From: an uncultured Aminicenantes bacterium
Lineage (GTDB): Bacteria; Acidobacteriota; Aminicenantia; UBA2199
Assembly (NCBI GenBank): GCA_965195285.1
Contig: CBDAFS010000009.1
Location: 28,860-92,859, forward strand
DNA length: 64,000 bases
Direction of reading: 5' to 3'
Under the pieces are notes generated by a model. It had not been told where the DNA came from and did not search any database. It worked only from the letters and a program-made list of their open reading frames with translations. Both the position numbers and the translations under genes were made by a program. This document shows, in pieces, positions 59,505 through 64,000 of this stretch; positions within the stretch are counted from its first letter, which is position 1; each line of letters starts with the position of its first letter.

Positions 59505-60428
59505 ATGAAACGCAAACAAAAGACATATTCGGTTATTATTGTTTCTGATGCCACTTCTACTAACCGGGAATTTTTAATATCCTCCAAGTTGATCAAAAAT
59601 GCGATTGTATCGGTTTCAGTGTTGTTGCTGTTTTTCGGTTTTATTCTATTTGATTATCTGACCACTTCATTCAACAAAGAGAAAATGCGAAAACTGGAAC
59701 AGGATAACATCAAGAAAGTAAAGACCATCGAACACCTGGATGCCAATATCAGGAGTCTTGAGAGAAGTATCAAGAGGATGGAGATCTATAAAGACAAGAT
59801 CATGATTGCCTCCGGTTTAAAATCTCCCTATGCCCTGAAAGAAGTGGGAAGCGGGGGGTACTATGATGAAATTATCTCAAAATCTCCGACCAATACACCC
59901 GGCATAACCAAGGCCCAGAGCCAACCCAAAGAGAATATTATTCAAAAATCAGATGAGATCACCCAGGCGGCCGAGAAAATAGAAGAAACCTTGAAGTTTG
60001 TCAAAAGTGTCATTGATAAACAAAAGGTGAGACTGGCCTGCACCCCGGCCATCTGGCCCACCAAGGGTTATCTGACCGATGCCTTTGGCTGGAGGATCCA
60101 CCCCATAACCGGAAAAAGGAGTTTTCACTATGGCCAGGATATCGCCACCCAACTGGGCAACAAAGTCATTGCCACTGCCGATGGTTTTGTTCTGGCAGCG
60201 GAACGCCGTGGCTCGCTGGGTAATCTGGTCATTATCGATCATAACTTTGGTTTTACCACGTACTACGGTCATCTGGCTTCCTTTAATGTCAAAGAGGGTA
60301 CCCGGGTCAAGCGGGGTCAGGTTATCGGTTATGTGGGCAGTACCGGAAGAAGTAATGCCCCTCATCTTCACTATGAGGTCAGGGTAGCCAGCAAACCGCA
60401 AAACCCGATGACATTTATTATCGATTGA
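59505..60428 (+). CDS. M23-family metallopeptidase with TM anchor and coiled coil
   Basis: HYGQD (HxxxD), YGHL, PHLHYEV. Confidence 0.88.
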   Translation: MKRKQKTYSVIIVSDATSTNREFLISSKLIKNAIVSVSVLLLFFGFILFDYLTTSFNKEKMRKLEQDNIKKVKTIEHLDANIRSLERSIKRMEIYKDKIMIASGLKSPYALKEVGSGGYYDEIISKSPTNTPGITKAQSQPKENIIQKSDEITQAAEKIEETLKFVKSVIDKQKVRLACTPAIWPTKGYLTDAFGWRIHPITGKRSFHYGQDIATQLGNKVIATADGFVLAAERRGSLGNLVIIDHNFGFTTYYGHLASFNVKEGTRVKRGQVIGYVGSTGRSNAPHLHYEVRVASKPQNPMTFIID

Positions 60429-60502
60429 GTTTATTCTTTCCACCAAATATATCCGGATATTCAAAGGTTGTGGAAATCATCCCCGGGAAATAAAAATTTG
60501 AA

Positions 60503-61780
60503 ATGAGCGGGCCCAGGAAAAAAAAATTACCATCGGACAAGGATAACATCAAAAAAAGATGGGATTCCCTGGATTCCCAAAAATCACTTTCCACCAAAGA
60601 GAAACTGGAAAAACTGGTCGGCCTGAACCTGAGAAGAACCACACCCAAGACGGAGAAAGAATTACCTCAACCTGATCAGGCGATTGATACCGCTTTTCTG
60701 GTTCGTGAATTCACTTACCCGCTGACTTCGGTTTTTAAAGACCTGGAATTATCCAGCTGGAGAGAGATTTCACCCGGGCTGCTGGGCATTGCCTCAGGTG
60801 ATAAGGCATTTGTGGATATCGATCCGCTCAGACTGGTCTATTTTGATGTGGAAACCACCGGACTTTCCGGCGGAACCGGGACCATTCCCTTTATGCTGGG
60901 ATTCGGGTTTTTTCAGGCTGAAAATTTTACTGCAAAAATATTTATTTTAAATGACCTGAGCCGGGAAGATGAGATGCTTTCGGCCGTGGATGAATTCCTG
61001 GATAATTTCGATTTTCCCGGGACCGTTACCTACAATGGAAAAAGCTTTGATTTTCCTCTGATGGAAACCCGGTACATTTTACACCGGAGACGGTTCCCCC
61101 TGCTGAAAAAACCCCATCTTGATTTTCTCTTTCCGGCCCGCATCCTGTGGAAAAACACCTTTGAATCTCGTAAGCTGGGATACCTGGGGGATATGCTGCT
61201 GGGAATATCCCGGCAGGATGATGTGGATGCCAGCCTGATTCCTTCCCTGTATTTCAATTATTTACACACCAACCGCTTTTCCATGCTGGAAAAAGTGGTT
61301 GAACACAATGCCCTGGACCTGGTCGGGCTTTCGGCCCTGCTGCTCCGGGGGTTGATGGTTTTAAAGGATGTTTCCTATTCGGGTGATGCCGGTGAGGTGT
61401 TAGGGGCAGCCCGGATGTTCGAAAGATCCGGAGATTTTGAGAAAGCCGGAAAGCTGCTGGAGATCGCCAGGCAGAGTTCGGAACGAAAAGATGTTACGGT
61501 GAAAGCGGTTAAACGCCTGGCTGTCCTGAAAAAGAAGAAGAAACTGTATGAAGAAGCCAACGAGTTGTGGGAGCTGCTCTCGGAGGACCAGGACCATGTT
61601 GCTCTACGCGAGCTTTCCATTCATTTTGAACACCGGAGAAAGGATTATCACGGCGCGCTGGAGTTTGTTTTCCGGGCCATCGATGAGGTCGGGCTGAGTG
61701 AGTCCCAGCGCCGGGACCTTGACAAAAGGTTGAGCCGGCTCAAGCGAAAGATCGAGCTTCTGGAAAACGAAGAAAATTGA
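60503..61780 (+). CDS. YprB-like RNase H-like exonuclease with C-terminal TPR-like helices
   Basis: FDVETTGL, TYNGKSFD, HLD, HNALD. Confidence 0.82.
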   Translation: MSGPRKKKLPSDKDNIKKRWDSLDSQKSLSTKEKLEKLVGLNLRRTTPKTEKELPQPDQAIDTAFLVREFTYPLTSVFKDLELSSWREISPGLLGIASGDKAFVDIDPLRLVYFDVETTGLSGGTGTIPFMLGFGFFQAENFTAKIFILNDLSREDEMLSAVDEFLDNFDFPGTVTYNGKSFDFPLMETRYILHRRRFPLLKKPHLDFLFPARILWKNTFESRKLGYLGDMLLGISRQDDVDASLIPSLYFNYLHTNRFSMLEKVVEHNALDLVGLSALLLRGLMVLKDVSYSGDAGEVLGAARMFERSGDFEKAGKLLEIARQSSERKDVTVKAVKRLAVLKKKKKLYEEANELWELLSEDQDHVALRELSIHFEHRRKDYHGALEFVFRAIDEVGLSESQRRDLDKRLSRLKRKIELLENEEN

Positions 61781-61787
61781 TACTTTC

Positions 61788-61816
61788 TTGACACGGATGG
61801 GTAAATAGGATATAAT
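61788..61816 (+). promoter_or_regulatory. Consensus sigma70 promoter for rpsU and tRNAs
   Basis: Exact TTGACA-17 bp-TATAAT. Confidence 0.75.
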
Positions 61817-61851
61817 TTTTGCCTATTTTACAAAAAGGAGTGTGATTTTTA

Positions 61852-62055
61852 TTGGCTTACATTGAAGTAAATCCCGGAGAATCATTCGACAGTGCATTGC
61901 GACGATTCAAGCGAAAAGTCCAGCAGGAAGCAATTATCAAGGATATCAAGAAACATAATGTTTATGTCAAGCCCGGCGAGAAGAAGCGGCTGAAGATTGC
62001 TGCGGCTAAGAAGCGGATGCGCAAACGGATCAAGCGGGAATACACCGGATTTTAA
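61852..62055 (+). CDS. rpsU: 30S ribosomal protein S21
   Basis: GESFDSALRRFKRK, YVKPGEKK; TTG start after AGGAG. Confidence 0.93.
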   Translation: MAYIEVNPGESFDSALRRFKRKVQQEAIIKDIKKHNVYVKPGEKKRLKIAAAKKRMRKRIKREYTGF

Positions 62056-62066
62056 AGTAATTGGGG

Positions 62067-62140
62067 CGGGGCGTAGCGCAGTCTGGTAGCGTATCGGTTT
62101 TGGGAACCGAGGGTCGGAGGTTCAAATCCTCTCGCCCCGA
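62067..62140 (+). tRNA. tRNA-Pro(UGG)
   Basis: CGGGGCG/CGCCCCG acceptor stem, TCGGT-TTTGGGA-ACCGA anticodon arm, GGTTCAAATCC T arm; CCA not encoded. Confidence 0.95.
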
Positions 62141-62189
62141 GATTTTCCAGAATAATCCATCAATTCCCCGGCCTTGAATAATGGAAGAT

Positions 62190-62262
62190 GCTCCCGTAGC
62201 TCAATGGATAGAGCAACTGACTTCTAATCAGTAGGCTGGGAGTTCGAGTCTCTCCGGGAGCG
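62190..62262 (+). tRNA. tRNA-Arg(UCU)
   Basis: GCTCCCG/CGGGAGC acceptor stem, ACTGA-CTTCTAA-TCAGT anticodon arm, GTTCGAG T loop; CCA not encoded. Confidence 0.95.
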
Positions 62263-62785
62263 CTTTTTCTACCAGCCTTTTGGGCAATTCCACTAAATAA
62301 AATCAGTTGGCTTTGTAGCGGATTTGTAACATGGTTTCCGGATAATTAATCCGAAATCTCTTTGTTTTATTGATTATCTCTACTCTCTCCCTGAATTATA
62401 TTGTAGTGGATTTGAACTTGTGGTTGGTTTTAAATTTTTGCAACAATTTTTTAGCATATCAGAAAAGATGCTGTCCAGATTATCGTTCCTGACTGGCCAC
62501 CCCCCACCATCATCTCCTTCATCATTTCCGTCTCAACGGAATATGCGTCTGTGGCATGATCAGTGAGTTAGTTGACATTTTCGCTAAAATGCACAAATGA
62601 AGCCACCTATTTATGCCCTTAAATCTCTCCAGAATCCACCCTGACAGACGATCTCTTTTGGTGTACGGAAAGGGCTGTAATATGGTTGAAGATATGTCTA
62701 TATGGCCTATATATCCAGATAATGTGGCGTATACGCCCAATTTTGCTTGTCAATATTTCTCTGGCCCCCTCTCCCATTTATGGAT

Positions 62786-63673
62786 TCAGGTGGCAAGGAC
62801 CAACTCCAAAGCCGCATACCCAGCCTCGACCCATTGGACCCGCCCCAGGTCTCGACCAAGCGTGATGCAATGAATTGCCACGCACGTCGCCAGATAGCGT
62901 GACCGGGAAATGACCTCAGCGTCCAACTTGCCGGTGTAATGCGCCAAAACGTTTTCCAGCCAACTCTTCCCATACCAGGTATACAGGCAGGCAAAGTCTA
63001 TCGCAGGGTCACCAATAACAGTATCACCCCAATCAATAACCCCGCTCACCCTACCTGAACGACTGTCAACTAGAATATGCTCTGCCCACAGGTCATTGTG
63101 GACCAGACTCGCTGCCCCTTCGAATGACACCGGAGTTTCATTCTCAAGGTAGCGACGCAAGAGACCCAGATTCACGTTTAGACCATTCAGCCTTCTCAGC
63201 TGTTCGCGGGACTTTTCCCGCCAGTGCGCAACCAGGTCACGTGCTTCCGGTACGCCCGCTTCTCTGGCTTTGTCAACAGGATAAGTGTGTAGTCTTGCGA
63301 GGAATACTCCTAGCTGCCGTGCAACTCGATGCCGATCAACAATCTTCGAGGTATCACCACCAATACCTGGCAGCTTCCTGTATCCGGCAAATGGCCGGCT
63401 TGAGCTTTCACGCGATTCACAGAAGTACTCATAGTTGGGAATTGGCAGTGACACCCACTCCCCGAGACCGGAAAGGAGTTTGCGTTCCATGTTCAACTTG
63501 GCTACGCCCCCTTCTCGCTTTGGGAAGCGAAACAACCATTTTGCATCAACCTCAAATATCCGAAAATCCCACCCTTCATCCAGCAATTCCACACGTGCAC
63601 CATGGAACTCCGGAAAGGCAGCAATAATGATCGCTCTTGCCCTCTTTGCAGTCAGACTCTTTTCTCTGTAGAT
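62786..63673 (-). CDS. Aminoglycoside phosphotransferase (APH)/choline kinase-fold protein
   Basis: EGWD, FRFP, HNDL..EHIL, IDWGD, GDPAID; frame stays open upstream of GTG 63592 to ATC 63673 after AAGGAG. Confidence 0.8.
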   Translation of the reverse strand: MYREKSLTAKRARAIIIAAFPEFHGARVELLDEGWDFRIFEVDAKWLFRFPKREGGVAKLNMERKLLSGLGEWVSLPIPNYEYFCESRESSSRPFAGYRKLPGIGGDTSKIVDRHRVARQLGVFLARLHTYPVDKAREAGVPEARDLVAHWREKSREQLRRLNGLNVNLGLLRRYLENETPVSFEGAASLVHNDLWAEHILVDSRSGRVSGVIDWGDTVIGDPAIDFACLYTWYGKSWLENVLAHYTGKLDAEVISRSRYLATCVAIHCITLGRDLGRVQWVEAGYAALELVLAT

Positions 63674-63771
63674 CGGTACTCTCCTTGGTGGCTTGACCTG
63701 CCCCTATTTTTTAAAGTAAGTGATCCGCTATTTTTATATGTTACAGGAATCGTGAAAAAAATGAAACAAAA

Positions 63772-63801
63772 TGGGGACGGTCTTTTGCTTTTTTGATTTT
63801 T
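63772..63801 (+). repeat. 30-bp repeat, copy 3 (matches the RAYT-flanking repeat)
   Basis: TGGGGACGGTCTTTTGCTTTTTTGATTTTT; 29/30 identical to 3066-3095. Confidence 0.88.
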
Positions 63802-63981
63802 CAAAAATACATTGCAGTCTCCGAAGCCAAAGAAAAATTATTGGACCCGGAGGAAAAGAAAAAAACCATTCTTGAAATTGCTTATGATGTGGGTTTTTAC
63901 TCAAAATCGGTATTCAATACCGCTTTTAAAAAATTTACCGGAATAACCCCTTCCCAGTTCAAGCAAAAGTCAAAACAATAA
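63802..63981 (+). pseudogene. C-terminal fragment of an AraC-family regulator (second HTH only)
   Basis: EAKEKL..TILEIAYDVGFYSKSVFNTAFKKFTGITPSQF; 5' part missing, begins right after repeat copy 3. Confidence 0.75.
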
Positions 63982-64000
63982 ATACTTTGGTCCTGAATCA

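Noticed and set aside
62263-62785. Prophage/integrase or att duplication at tRNA-Arg, and the small ORFs 62522-62740 and 62613-62873
   Set aside because: No integrase and no duplicated tRNA 3' end seen in the window; the ORFs have no recognisable motifs.
1-64000. CRISPR array, rRNA or defence-system operon
   Set aside because: No regularly spaced repeats, cas, rRNA or recognisable defence genes noticed by eye.

Overview
Gene-dense bacterial chromosome segment of moderate GC from a diderm (lpxC, Omp85 and beta-barrel genes). Gene content and order suggest an Acidobacteriota/Aminicenantes-like lineage, which is inference only. Core content: thi4 plus a Nudix-thiE fusion, nikR, rplM-rpsI-rpsB-tsf-pyrH-frr, a complete Na+-NQR operon (nqrABCDEF-apbE-nqrM-like), two ammonia-lyase paralogs, acpS with a STAS/RsbW/PP2C module, rpmH-rnpA-yidD-yidC-jag-mnmE-mnmG, murA, birA, rpsU, tRNA-Pro and tRNA-Arg. 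The most unusual items are: (1) a divergent locus with a membrane-anchored TPR Ser/Thr kinase, a TPR-bearing Clp ATPase with a degenerate first AAA module, and a receiver-domain-LpxC fusion, a candidate lipid A control system; (2) the Nudix-ThiE fusion coupled to Thi4, which could supply the ADT-hydrolysis step; (3) an intact 442-aa ValRS derivative lacking its catalytic and editing core; (4) a RAYT/Y1 transposase bracketed by 30-bp inverted repeats, with a third copy about 60 kb away at a truncated araC; (5) an ammonia-lyase with Ala-Cys-Gly in place of the Ala-Ser-Gly MIO motif; (6) a Tat-signal radical SAM protein; (7) rnpA frameshifted in a T10 run. All product calls come from motif recognition by eye; no database searches were run.
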